64,000 nucleotides of DNA from Anaerolineales bacterium (GCA_026129255.1 JAHCIJ010000002.1:322234-386233); one strand, 5' to 3'. Shown: positions 53,495-62,312, numbered from the stretch's first letter. The notes: generated by a model not told the origin, from the sequence alone. Translations and numbers: made by a program.

Positions 53495-54571
53495 TTATTG
53501 CCCCGAGCGATTGTTGCGGAACGAGATCGCCATTGAAATGAAGAAGAGCAGGATAGCGATGCCGTTGAGCATGCCGCCCCAACGGCGGATGCTGGCCTCT
53601 TGCAGCAGGTTGCCGATGATGCGCACGATGAGCGAAGTGTGCAGCAAGGCCAGCGGGGCGTAGAGCACCGGGTGATAGACGGCGGTGCGTGCCAGGATGG
53701 CAGGCAGGATGATCGGCCCGTGGGCAAACACCATGGAGAGTACGAAGCCCACGAACAGGCCGTGCCAATAGGCATCGTAGATCAGGCCGGCCACCTGCGG
53801 CCCGTGCAGCAGGCCGAGGGTGGCGCTGAACACCATCCACACATAGCCGAGCCCCAATGCGCAGGCGATGTAGCGCGGCAGGCCGCGGGAGCGCAGGGTG
53901 ACGCGCACAACGTCGTAGCGCATGAACCACAGGCCGAGCGCCAACAGGCCGATGTTGTACACGCGTGCGCCGAGGGCAAAGTCGAATGCCACCAGGCTGG
54001 CGCCTCCAAGTATGGCCGCAGTGGCCAGTAAGAAGGCTGACTGGGCGGCGCGGCTAGGGCGCAGCAGGCGGCCGAGCTCCAGGCGCTCACCGGCGATGGT
54101 GAGCACCAGGAAGGCGGCCCACCAGTACACCACAATGGAAAGCGGCAGGCCTGCCACCCACAGCAGGTTGCCTACCAGCCAGCTGGTGGCGCCCAGCGCC
54201 ATGATGGTGGTGTAGTTGGCGGGCACTTGGCGCACGATGCGCCAGCCCACCAAGGCGAAGCTGGCGCTGGCGGCCAGGATGAGCAGGCCGCCGGGCAGCG
54301 AGCGCCCAGCGACGAGCAGCAGGCCGCCCACGGCGCTGAGCACCGGGCCGAGGTACATCCAGCGCCGCCCGAGCGCTACGGCGCGCTCCAGGGCGATGAG
54401 CGTGCCAAAGAAGCCGCAGATCATTAGTGGGCCGTGGGCGATGGGCAGCTGGCTGGGCAGGCTGGGCAGCGCCCAGCCGATGCGCGCCAGCCCGGCCAGC
54501 ACGGCCAACACCAGCAGGGCCACGCTGGCGGCCAGGATGGGGAGACGAAACTTGATGTTTGGAGCGTTCAT
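53495..54571 (-). CDS. nnrS: NnrS-family membrane protein
   Basis: The 358-aa protein has about 10-12 TM helices. ...AHGPLMICGFFGTLIALERAVAL... and conserved His positions. Convergent with nirK, the usual genomic partner. Confidence 0.7.
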   Translation of the reverse strand: MNAPNIKFRLPILAASVALLVLAVLAGLARIGWALPSLPSQLPIAHGPLMICGFFGTLIALERAVALGRRWMYLGPVLSAVGGLLLVAGRSLPGGLLILAASASFALVGWRIVRQVPANYTTIMALGATSWLVGNLLWVAGLPLSIVVYWWAAFLVLTIAGERLELGRLLRPSRAAQSAFLLATAAILGGASLVAFDFALGARVYNIGLLALGLWFMRYDVVRVTLRSRGLPRYIACALGLGYVWMVFSATLGLLHGPQVAGLIYDAYWHGLFVGFVLSMVFAHGPIILPAILARTAVYHPVLYAPLALLHTSLIVRIIGNLLQEASIRRWGGMLNGIAILLFFISMAISFRNNRSGQ

Positions 54572-54650
54572 TGCCTGTAGTCTACTGCGATTTGCTGGGT
54601 AGGCGTAGAGCGCACCGCGCGGTCTCTATCAATTCTTTAAGCTTTTGGCA

Positions 54651-54797
54651 TTGCTTTTTGCGCTCAACCTAATAAAATATGCAAAATGACGGTGGATGGA
54701 GACTGTCCTGTCCCAGCTGCTATGGGGGAGCCAAGTAGCGAAACTGTACGGGCGAAGTCGTGGCCACGGCTGCGGAACCCCAGGTACAGTTTTTTTG
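54651..54797 (+). promoter_or_regulatory. Candidate promoter plus ~140-nt leader ending in an intrinsic terminator, immediately upstream of the ABC-transporter operon
   Basis: TTGCTT (54651..54656), 16 nt, then TAAAAT (54673..54678). The hairpin aaactgtac...cgtggccacg...gtacagttt is followed by ttttttt (54741..54797), 29 nt before the ATG at 54826. No + strand gene lies upstream for it to terminate. Confidence 0.5.
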
Positions 54798-54825
54798 TTT
54801 AACAATGTTTAAGGAGAAAGAGAGA

Positions 54826-55887
54826 ATGGCATTGAACAAAATCAAGAATGTTGTATTACTGCTGCTGGCGGCGGCCTTGTTGGCTGCCTGTGGGGGCAGC
54901 GCAGCTGCCCCCAACTCCAAGTTGGTGGTGCTGGAGTGGTCGGGCTATGAGGAGCCCAGCTATTGGGAACCCTTTGCCCTGCAACATCCGGACATTTCGC
55001 CGGAATACAGCTTTTTTGGTGAGGACGCCGAAGCCTTTTCCAAAGCGCAGAGCGGCTTCCAGTTTGATGTGGTGCACCCCTGCGGCAGTTGGTGGGGTTT
55101 GTATGTAGAGGCCGGCCTGGTGCAGCCTTTGGATGTATCGCGCCTCTCCAATTTTGACCAGCTGTTTCCCGAGTTGACCGCGCATGGCGTCATCAACGGC
55201 GAGCAATACTTCATCCCGTGGGACTGGGCGTACGAGTCGATCACTGTGCGCACGGACCTGGTGGACGAAGTGCCGGACGCCTGGGCTGACCTGTGGGACC
55301 CGCAGTACGCTGGCAAAGTCGCCATCTTCGACTCGGGCGAATCGACCTTCCTGACCGCGGCGTATGCGTTGGGTTATGACCCGTACGACACCACGCCGGA
55401 GCAGCAGCAGGAGATCAAGCAGCACCTGATCGCCCTGAAGCCTAACCTGCTGACCTACTGGGTGGATTACACCGAGATCAACCAGCTGCTGGCCGCTGGC
55501 GATGTGGCCGTGGGCGCCAACACTTGGAACGACGCCTGGGCCACTTTGGCTGACGAAGGCTACGAGGTGGAGTACGTTGACCCGATCGAGGGCCGCATCA
55601 GCTACGCGTGTGGCTTTGGTATCGCCACCAACTCCACCAATGTGGACCTGGCGTATGACTACATCAACGCCCTGATCGATGCGCAGTCCAACGCCAACAT
55701 GGCCAACGACTTCTACTACGGCGCCGCCAACATGGACTCGGTCCCGCTGTTGGACCCGGCCCTGGTAGCCCGCTTCCAGTTTGATGATCCGTCTGTGCTG
55801 GCCAGCAGCAACTTCCAGCACCCGCTGACGCAAGCGCAGCGCGAGATGATGACCGCCATCTGGAATGAAGTCAAGGCGGGGCAGTAA
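54826..55887 (+). CDS. ABC transporter substrate-binding lipoprotein, PotD/PotF-like family
   Basis: AAGGAGAAAG RBS. MALNKIKNVVLLLLAAALLAACGG has a lipobox. Overall polyamine/Fe3+-type SBP pattern. Ligand unknown. Confidence 0.7.
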   Translation: MALNKIKNVVLLLLAAALLAACGGSAAAPNSKLVVLEWSGYEEPSYWEPFALQHPDISPEYSFFGEDAEAFSKAQSGFQFDVVHPCGSWWGLYVEAGLVQPLDVSRLSNFDQLFPELTAHGVINGEQYFIPWDWAYESITVRTDLVDEVPDAWADLWDPQYAGKVAIFDSGESTFLTAAYALGYDPYDTTPEQQQEIKQHLIALKPNLLTYWVDYTEINQLLAAGDVAVGANTWNDAWATLADEGYEVEYVDPIEGRISYACGFGIATNSTNVDLAYDYINALIDAQSNANMANDFYYGAANMDSVPLLDPALVARFQFDDPSVLASSNFQHPLTQAQREMMTAIWNEVKAGQ

Positions 55888-55988
55888 CGCTCGTCTGAGT
55901 TGTATGTAGTGTGAGCGATCACTGATGCAAATGGAGCAGGGCGGGAGGCTTACGCGCATCCCGCCCTGCTCTCTGCTAAGGACCAAGC

Positions 55989-56840
55989 ATGGAAAACAAG
56001 CGCCGCCTGTTTACTTTGATCACGCCGCCCTCGGTGTTTTTGCTGTTCTTCTTTATGGTGCCGTTGGTCATCATGGCGCTGTATGCATTTAAATCAAGTA
56101 GCTTCGGCCCGCTGTTTCCGCTTTCGCTCAATGCGTTCAATAACTTTTTTTCCAACCCCGCTTACTTTGTCCTTCTTATAAACTCCAGCCAGCTGGCGCT
56201 GCTCACTGCGGTGCTCTCCATTGTGCTGGCCTTCCCGGTTTCCTATTACTTGGTGTTTTACACCGGCTCGCGCCGCGTGATGCTGCTGACGTTGTTGATC
56301 TTGCCGGCCTGGATCAGCTACCTGCTGCGTGTGCTGGCCTGGAAAGTGATCCTGGGTTCTGAGGGTTTGCTGAACCAGCTGCTCCTCGCTACAGGCTTGA
56401 TCCAGGATGGTGCGCCGATCCTGCTGTACAGCCAGGCGGCGGTGCTGATCACGCTGGTGTATGTGTGGATCCCGTTTGCGGCGCTGCCGATCTTTGCCGC
56501 TATGGAGCGCATTGACCCGCGCCTGCACGAGGCAGCCGCCGACCTGGGCGCCTCGCCCAGCGTTACCTTTTGGCGGGTGACCGCGCCGCTGACGATGCCG
56601 GGTGTGGCTTCGGCGTTCTTCTTTGTGTTCATCCCCACGCTGGGCGAGTGGGTCACGCCCACGCTGGTGGGCGGGGTGAGCGGCATCATGTATGGCAACC
56701 TGATCCAGGACCAGTTTGGGCGCGCGCTCAACTGGCCGCTCGGCGCCCTGATGAGCATGGTCTTGCTGGTGCTGGTGGGCGTGTTCAGTTACGTCTTCAA
56801 CCGCTTTATCCCGATCACCGAAGTGCCGGTGTCAAGCTAA
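55989..56840 (+). CDS. ABC transporter permease (PotB-like)
   Basis: Six TM helices and the EAA-type loop ...MERIDPRLHEAAADLGASPSVTFWRVTAPL... Confidence 0.8.
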   Translation: MENKRRLFTLITPPSVFLLFFFMVPLVIMALYAFKSSSFGPLFPLSLNAFNNFFSNPAYFVLLINSSQLALLTAVLSIVLAFPVSYYLVFYTGSRRVMLLTLLILPAWISYLLRVLAWKVILGSEGLLNQLLLATGLIQDGAPILLYSQAAVLITLVYVWIPFAALPIFAAMERIDPRLHEAAADLGASPSVTFWRVTAPLTMPGVASAFFFVFIPTLGEWVTPTLVGGVSGIMYGNLIQDQFGRALNWPLGALMSMVLLVLVGVFSYVFNRFIPITEVPVSS

Positions 56841-56865
56841 ATATGAAGGCGCAAGCTATGCAAAG

Positions 56866-57672
56866 GTGCCGCCAATGAGGCAGACGGGCAAGTGGGTGGG
56901 GCTGGGCTATTACCTGCTGCTGCTGCTATTTTTGCAGCTGCCGATTTTGTTATTGATCGTATTCTCGTTCAATGACTCGGTGCTGCTGGTGTTCCCGCTC
57001 AAGGGGTTCACCTTGCAGTGGTACCGCGAGCTGTTGCAGGCCACCGAGCTGATCAATGCCGCCAAGAACAGCCTGATCATTGGCCTGGTCTCCTCGGTGG
57101 TGGCCACGGTGTTGGGCAGCGCGGCGGCGATCGCCATTGCGCGCTACAACTTCCCTGGGCGTGCGTTCTTCCTCAATATTGCGACGCTGCCGCTGGTGAT
57201 CCCGTATGTAGTGTTGGCGGTGGCCTTGCTGCTGATGTTCCAGGCGTTGAATGTGGAACTCAGCCTGTGGACGATCATGATCGGCCACACGATCATCAAC
57301 ATGCCGTATGTCATGCTCATCGTAGCGGCGCGCCTTTCTGGGTTCGCCAATAATCTCGAAGAAGCGGCGATGGACCTGGGCGCCACGTACTGGGGCACGC
57401 TGATGCGCGTGACCCTGCCGATCTCCATGCCGGCGCTGGTGGCGGCGTTCTTGTCTTCGTTCACCATGTCGTTCGACGAGTTCTCGCTGGCGTTCTTCCT
57501 GGCGGGCACGCAGAATACGTTGCCGGTGTACTTGTACTCGCAGCTGCGCTTCCCCAGCCGTTTGCCGCTGGCAGTGACCACGGCAGCAGTGGTTATTATG
57601 GTGTCTGTGGTGATCTTGCTCTTCAGTGAGTGGTTACGGCGCATTGGGACGGGTAGGGTGCCGAAGAGTTAG
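56866..57672 (+). CDS. ABC transporter permease (PotC-like)
   Basis: ...NNLEEAAMDLGATYWGTLMRVTLP... is the EAA loop. The start may be the ATG at 56875. Confidence 0.8.
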   Translation: MPPMRQTGKWVGLGYYLLLLLFLQLPILLLIVFSFNDSVLLVFPLKGFTLQWYRELLQATELINAAKNSLIIGLVSSVVATVLGSAAAIAIARYNFPGRAFFLNIATLPLVIPYVVLAVALLLMFQALNVELSLWTIMIGHTIINMPYVMLIVAARLSGFANNLEEAAMDLGATYWGTLMRVTLPISMPALVAAFLSSFTMSFDEFSLAFFLAGTQNTLPVYLYSQLRFPSRLPLAVTTAAVVIMVSVVILLFSEWLRRIGTGRVPKS

Positions 57673-57785
57673 GAATAGAGATAGAGAGAATAGAGATTGG
57701 AGATTTGTAACTGGTAACTAGCAATTGGTACTCGTGCGAGCTAGTGCAATTCCTGATTACTGGTTACGAATTACTGATGACGAGG
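57673..57785. repeat. Heptamer-phased intergenic tract inside the ABC operon
   Basis: aatagag atagaga gaataga gattgga ... tgtaact ggtaact agcaatt ggtactc ... gattact ggttacg aattact. Confidence 0.7.
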
Positions 57786-57789
57786 ATCT

Positions 57790-59058
57790 ATGAAACCATT
57801 GGCAGTTGAGCTCAAGAACGTAAGCAAGGTCTTCTCCGGCGCGGGGCGCGGGGAGGGGTTGATGCATGCCGTCAAAGGCGTGGACCTGGAGATCAAGCAG
57901 GGTGAATTCTTCACCATGCTTGGCCCCAGTGGTTGCGGCAAGACCACTACGCTGCGCATGATCGCCGGTTTTGAGTTCCCCACCAGTGGTGACATCTACT
58001 TGAATGGCGAGCTATCCAACGATGTGCCGCCCTACAAGCGCCCGGTGAACACCGTGTTCCAAAGCTATGCGCTGTTCCCGCATCTCACTGTGGCGCAGAA
58101 TGTGGGTTTTGGCCTGGCGGTCAAGCGCGTACCCAAGGCGGAGCGCGACGTACGCGTGCGTGAGGCGCTAGAGCTGGTGAAGCTGGGCCAGTTGGGTGAG
58201 CGCAAGCCCAACCAACTCTCCGGCGGCCAGCAGCAACGCGTGGCGCTGGCGCGTGCGCTGGTGAACCGCCCGGCGGTGCTGCTGCTGGATGAGCCGCTGG
58301 GTGCGCTGGACCTCAAGCTGCGCGAGACCATGCAGCACGAGCTGAAGGACCTGCAAAGGCGCGTGGGCATTACCTTTATTTATGTGACCCACGATCAGGA
58401 AGAAGCGCTCACGATGAGCGACCGGATTGCCGTGATGAACGAAGGCCGCGTGCAGCAGGTCGGGTCGCCGGAGCAGATCTACAACTTCCCCGCCAATCAC
58501 TTTGTGGCTGACTTCATTGGTGATACCAACTTCCTTGAAGGCAAAGTGGTGTCCTTGCATCAAGACCGCACGGTGCTCAAAGTGGGCCGTGAAGACGTGA
58601 CCGCCGCGCCGGCCAACTTCCCGTTGATGCCGGGGCAAAAGGTCACCATGGTGATCCGGCCCGAGAAACTGGGCGTGGCGCGCGAGCTGGCGCCGGCCCT
58701 GGCGCCGGGCGCCGAAGCGCCGCCAGCGGCGCCGAGCAACCCGGCCAAGGCGCCGCAGCCGCGTGTGAACGCGGTGATGAATGCGCGCGTGCTGGATTCG
58801 GTGTTCCTGGGCACTGATACGCGTGTAGAAGTGACGCTGAAAGGCGGCACGGAGCTGACCGTGCTGGTGCGCAATCTGGACGATGACGAGGAGTTCAAGA
58901 AGGGCGAGAAAGTGGTGTTGACGTATGATGCGTTCGACTCGCGCTTGTTGCCTGCGGCGCAACTAGGCACCACGGAGGAAACCTACATTGGCAATGGGGA
59001 GCATCCATTGCCGCCACCCAGTGAGCCAGCCAAGGATGAATCAAAAAAGACGCCATAA
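57790..59058 (+). CDS. ABC transporter ATP-binding protein (PotA-like) with an extended C-terminus
   Basis: [17 protein letters not shown] (Walker A), [15 protein letters not shown] (signature), [11 protein letters not shown] (Walker B). The C-terminal part holds TOBE-like and low-complexity regions. Confidence 0.9.
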   Translation: MKPLAVELKNVSKVFSGAGRGEGLMHAVKGVDLEIKQGEFFTMLGPSGCGKTTTLRMIAGFEFPTSGDIYLNGELSNDVPPYKRPVNTVFQSYALFPHLTVAQNVGFGLAVKRVPKAERDVRVREALELVKLGQLGERKPNQLSGGQQQRVALARALVNRPAVLLLDEPLGALDLKLRETMQHELKDLQRRVGITFIYVTHDQEEALTMSDRIAVMNEGRVQQVGSPEQIYNFPANHFVADFIGDTNFLEGKVVSLHQDRTVLKVGREDVTAAPANFPLMPGQKVTMVIRPEKLGVARELAPALAPGAEAPPAAPSNPAKAPQPRVNAVMNARVLDSVFLGTDTRVEVTLKGGTELTVLVRNLDDDEEFKKGEKVVLTYDAFDSRLLPAAQLGTTEETYIGNGEHPLPPPSEPAKDESKKTP

Positions 59059-59071
59059 GGCGTCTTTTTTT
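59043..59071. terminator. Bidirectional intrinsic terminator
   Basis: aaaaaagacgcc-ataa-ggcgtcttttttt. Confidence 0.85.
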
Positions 59072-59083
59072 GTCGCGTTTTGC

Positions 59084-59863
59084 TTAGCTCAATACGTTTT
59101 GTACGTGGAAGCGCTTTTGTATAACAGCAGGTGGGAAGTAGGCGATATAGATCAGTGCCAGGGCAGCGATGCCTATCAAGCGAATGGTGAGCGGCCACCA
59201 GGTGGTGGCGTTGGGGTTGATGCCGAACGCTACGATGAAAATGAGCGGGATGAAGTAACCCAGGCCAAAGATGGTGAACAAACCCAGCGGCACAAGCAGG
59301 GCGCGGAACTTTGCACTGGGTTCTGTGATGCGGAAGTACAGGCTGAACATGCCGATGCTGGCCACGATGGGCGGCAGGCTCATCAACGCGATCAGCGCAA
59401 TACCGAACAGCAGGCCAAACACGCCCTGCGGCTCGTTTTGGTATTGGATCAAAGCTTCCCAGGTGCCCATGCTGACGCCGATGGGGCGCAGCAGATAAAT
59501 GGACGCCAGCAGCCCAACGCCGAAGGCGATGTAGAAGCCCGCGATCCAGCCGGAGAAACGGTGAGAGCCCTTGAAGATATACATGAGGTAGGTGAGCAAG
59601 CCCCACAGGGCGGGAGCCGCCGACAGCGTGGCGGCCAGGCTGAAGAGCACGAAGAGGGGCAGGTAATCGATGCCCAGGCCGAGGGCCAGCACAGACAGGC
59701 CGTTGATGCCGGTGTTGGCGGCCATGCCGTACCACCAGACGCGGAAGGCGCGCCAGGCGCGTGCATCTTGTGGGTCTGCGAAGCGCTTGCGGCTTAGTGA
59801 GTGCCCAATAAAAAAGTACAGTGCGCTGTTGGCAAAGAAGATTGCGAGTGAGGGAAAGTTCAT
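59084..59863 (-). CDS. Hypothetical polytopic membrane protein
   Basis: The 259-aa protein has about 8 hydrophobic helices (MNFPSLAIFFANSALYFFIGHSL...). The listed overlapping ORFs are alternative-frame artefacts. Confidence 0.6.
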   Translation of the reverse strand: MNFPSLAIFFANSALYFFIGHSLSRKRFADPQDARAWRAFRVWWYGMAANTGINGLSVLALGLGIDYLPLFVLFSLAATLSAAPALWGLLTYLMYIFKGSHRFSGWIAGFYIAFGVGLLASIYLLRPIGVSMGTWEALIQYQNEPQGVFGLLFGIALIALMSLPPIVASIGMFSLYFRITEPSAKFRALLVPLGLFTIFGLGYFIPLIFIVAFGINPNATTWWPLTIRLIGIAALALIYIAYFPPAVIQKRFHVQNVLS

Positions 59864-59902
59864 TGTGGTGTGTGGCCTAAAGCCGCCATCCTGTGAATAG
59901 CA

Positions 59903-60055
59903 TCATATGAGCCGGGCGGCGCGTTGAGCCAGCGTGTCGCCCAATTGCTTGGCGGCTGGAAGCGGTGGAGCCTGGATGGGCTTCACTTTGTTTTGGCTGA
60001 GCTTGCGCGGCGGGCGCGCTTTGCGCTTGGAGCCTTTGGCTGGGGGCTTCGCCAT
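59903..60055 (-). CDS. Possible small basic protein (50 aa), below the ORF-track cutoff
   Basis: Own translation: MAKPPAKGSKRKARPPRKLSQNKVKPIQAPPLPAAKQLGDTLAQRAARLI. No convincing RBS. Confidence 0.25.
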   Translation of the reverse strand: MAKPPAKGSKRKARPPRKLSQNKVKPIQAPPLPAAKQLGDTLAQRAARLI

Positions 60056-60208
60056 CGTTGTCCTATCAGCGATGATAGTGGAAATTCATATTGGCGCAAA
60101 TGACCTTGCATAACTGTTAGGTCGTCCAGCAGCTTGATAGCGGCGCCGGATCCGGGGAGGGAACCAGCAGCCTGTGCTATACCGTGGTTCAAAGGGGGAA
60201 TGATAGAC

Positions 60209-60760
60209 ATGGATGCAGACGTTTCAGTGGGGGAGCAAGAGCCGACAGCGGCAACGGCGAGCAGCTCGGGGAGCACCTCGGGGAGCAAGAAACAGCAACG
60301 CATCGCTGACCTTGTGAAGGCGCAACTGCGCGACCAGCTGAAGGAGGAGCTGGCGGAGGTGTTGGAAGCGCGCCTGGAGGCGCTGGCGGCCGAGCGCGGT
60401 GACGCCAGCGAGCCGGACGCGCCGCCTGAGCTGCAAGTGCTGGACGCCTTGCAGCAGGCGGGCTTGGAGCACGACCCAGGCGTGCGGCGCCTGCTGCAGC
60501 AGGCGCAAGCCGGGGAGCCGCAGGCCGAGTTGCGTGCGCTGGCAGACCTGGCCAGCTTGGCGCTGGCGCGCATTACGCGCATCGGCGGGGCGGGCACGGC
60601 ACGTGCCAGCCGGGCCATCCCGCCCGGTGGAGCAGGCGCACCCGCGCCCGACCTGCGCGCTGAGTATGCACGGCGGCTGGCGGCAGTGCGCGCCGGGGAT
60701 GTGAGCGGCCTGCTGGAGGTCAAGCGCGAGTTCAGGAAGCGGGGGCTGGAAGTGTATTAA
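60209..60760 (+). CDS. Putative phage scaffolding-like protein
   Basis: CAAAGGGGGA lies 9 nt before the ATG at 60209. The product is acidic and Ala/Leu/Glu-rich helical (QLRDQLKEELAEVLEARLEALAAERG...). It sits immediately upstream of the capsid gene. The call rests on position and composition only. Confidence 0.4.
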   Translation: MDADVSVGEQEPTAATASSSGSTSGSKKQQRIADLVKAQLRDQLKEELAEVLEARLEALAAERGDASEPDAPPELQVLDALQQAGLEHDPGVRRLLQQAQAGEPQAELRALADLASLALARITRIGGAGTARASRAIPPGGAGAPAPDLRAEYARRLAAVRAGDVSGLLEVKREFRKRGLEVY

Positions 60761-60774
60761 ATGCAAGGATGAGG

Positions 60775-61025
60775 GATGAAGAAGAAGGGAGAAGGGAGAA
60801 GAGAGTGGAGATTGCTGATCGCTGATTGTTGATTTGAGAGCGGCAAGGAAGGAGAAAGGAGAAGGGAGAAGGGAGTGAGATTGCTGATGGCTGACTGTTG
60901 ATTTGAAAGCGGCAAGGAGAAGGGAGAAGGGAGTGGGGATTGCTGATGGCTGACTGTTGATTGTTGATTTGAAAGCTGGCTGCTGATTGCTGGCAGCTAA
61001 TGGCTAACGGCTAATAGCTAACAGC
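60775..61025. repeat. About 65-70-bp tandem repeat x3, heptamer-phased throughout, between the scaffold-like and capsid genes
   Basis: (aagggag aagggag tg.gagat tgctgat ggctgac tgttgat ttgaaag cggcaag) x3, then gctaatg gctaacg gctaata gctaaca gctaaaa. Confidence 0.85.
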
Positions 61026-61041
61026 TAAAAGGGGGATTTGA

Positions 61042-62172
61042 ATGGCAATTTACGATGGTATGAAGACAACTTATGCGGACACTGCGGCGCAGGCGCGGGC
61101 GATCAGCAATGTGGTGCAGATGATCGATCCGCGCGATACGCCGCTGCTGGCGCGCCTGGGGCTGGACAGCGCCCGCGAGAAGTTCAAGATCCGTATGAAC
61201 GGGCACAAGGTGGAGCTGCTGGAAGACGAGCTCGATCCGCTGGTGACGGCCGCCAACAACGGCGAGACGATCACCACCTCGGCCACCAGCTTTGTGGTGG
61301 CGGATGCGTCTGTGTTTCAGGATGGGTACGTCATCCTGATCGATGCGGAGTACATGGTGGTCAAGAGCGTGGACCTGGGCACCAACACCGTGACGGTGTA
61401 CAGCCGCGCCTATGGCGGCACGAACGCCACGCATGCCGCCACGGCGGCGATCCAGATCACGGCGATGGCGCGCCTGGAGGGCGAAGATGCCGACTACGGC
61501 CCGCTGGTGGCGCTGAACGCGCCGTTCAACTACACCAGCATCTTCCAGAAGGCGGTGCAGGTGAGTGGCACGCAGCAAGCCATCAGCCAATACGGCATCG
61601 AGGACGAGTTCCAGTATCAAGCCAATAAGGCCGTGCCGCACCTGCTGCGCCTGGTGGAAGGCGCAGCCTTCCACGGCGTGCGTGCGGCGGGCTCGGCGAG
61701 CACGCCGCGCTCGATGGGCGGGCTGGGCACCTTCATCACCAACAATACGGTGGATGCCGGCGGGGCCATCGCCAAGGCGGATGTGGACGGGCTGATGGAA
61801 GAGATCGTGATGGATGGCGGCAACCCGGACCTGCTGGTGATGAACCCGCGCGTCGCCAATGATCTGCGCGGCCTGCTGGACAACAGCAGCTTCGTACGCG
61901 TGAACCAGGATGAAAGCAAGCTGGGCTTGCGGCCGATCGAGCGCGTGGTGACGCAGTACGGCGAGCTGGAGCTGGTGATGGATCGCTGGTGCCCGGTGCA
62001 CACGGCCTATGTGCTGGAGAGCGGCAAGGTGGGCTTCTATACCTTGCGCGGCTTCGAGGCCAAAGAGCTGGCGCGCTCCGGTGACAGCCTGAAGGGTGAG
62101 GTGGTGGGTGAGCTCAGCCTGTTGGTGGCCAACAACAAGGCGCACGGCAAGATCACGGGGATCACGACGTAG
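61042..62172 (+). CDS. Phage major capsid protein, SU10/DUF5309-type (HK97 fold)
   Basis: CTAAAAGGGGGATTTGA precedes the ATG. ...DTPLLARLG...VELLEDELD...ARLEGEDADYG...NYTSIFQKAVQVSGTQQAISQYGIEDEFQYQ...RSMGGLGTFI...GGNPDLLVMNP...VVTQYGELELVMDRW... matches my recollection of this capsid family. Confidence 0.75.
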   Translation: MAIYDGMKTTYADTAAQARAISNVVQMIDPRDTPLLARLGLDSAREKFKIRMNGHKVELLEDELDPLVTAANNGETITTSATSFVVADASVFQDGYVILIDAEYMVVKSVDLGTNTVTVYSRAYGGTNATHAATAAIQITAMARLEGEDADYGPLVALNAPFNYTSIFQKAVQVSGTQQAISQYGIEDEFQYQANKAVPHLLRLVEGAAFHGVRAAGSASTPRSMGGLGTFITNNTVDAGGAIAKADVDGLMEEIVMDGGNPDLLVMNPRVANDLRGLLDNSSFVRVNQDESKLGLRPIERVVTQYGELELVMDRWCPVHTAYVLESGKVGFYTLRGFEAKELARSGDSLKGEVVGELSLLVANNKAHGKITGITT

Positions 62173-62199
62173 TGAAGAGTGAGCGGTGAGCAGGAAGAC

Positions 62200-62300
62200 T
62201 CGTTGCTTGGTCGCCTGGTTGCTTAGTCGCTTAGTCACCTAGTTACTGTTTACTGTTTACTGATCACTAATCACTGATTACTGATCACTTGCTTACTGAG
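62200..62300. repeat. Heptamer-phased tract downstream of the capsid gene
   Basis: gttactg tttactg tttactg atcacta atcactg attactg atcactt gcttact. Confidence 0.8.
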
Positions 62301-62312
62301 TGAATTCTGGAA

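Noticed and set aside
61042-62172. The capsid-fold protein as an encapsulin shell
   Set aside because: Its length and motif pattern fit the SU10/DUF5309 phage capsid family. A terminase and a putative portal are present in the same region. No cargo protein with a targeting peptide is adjacent.
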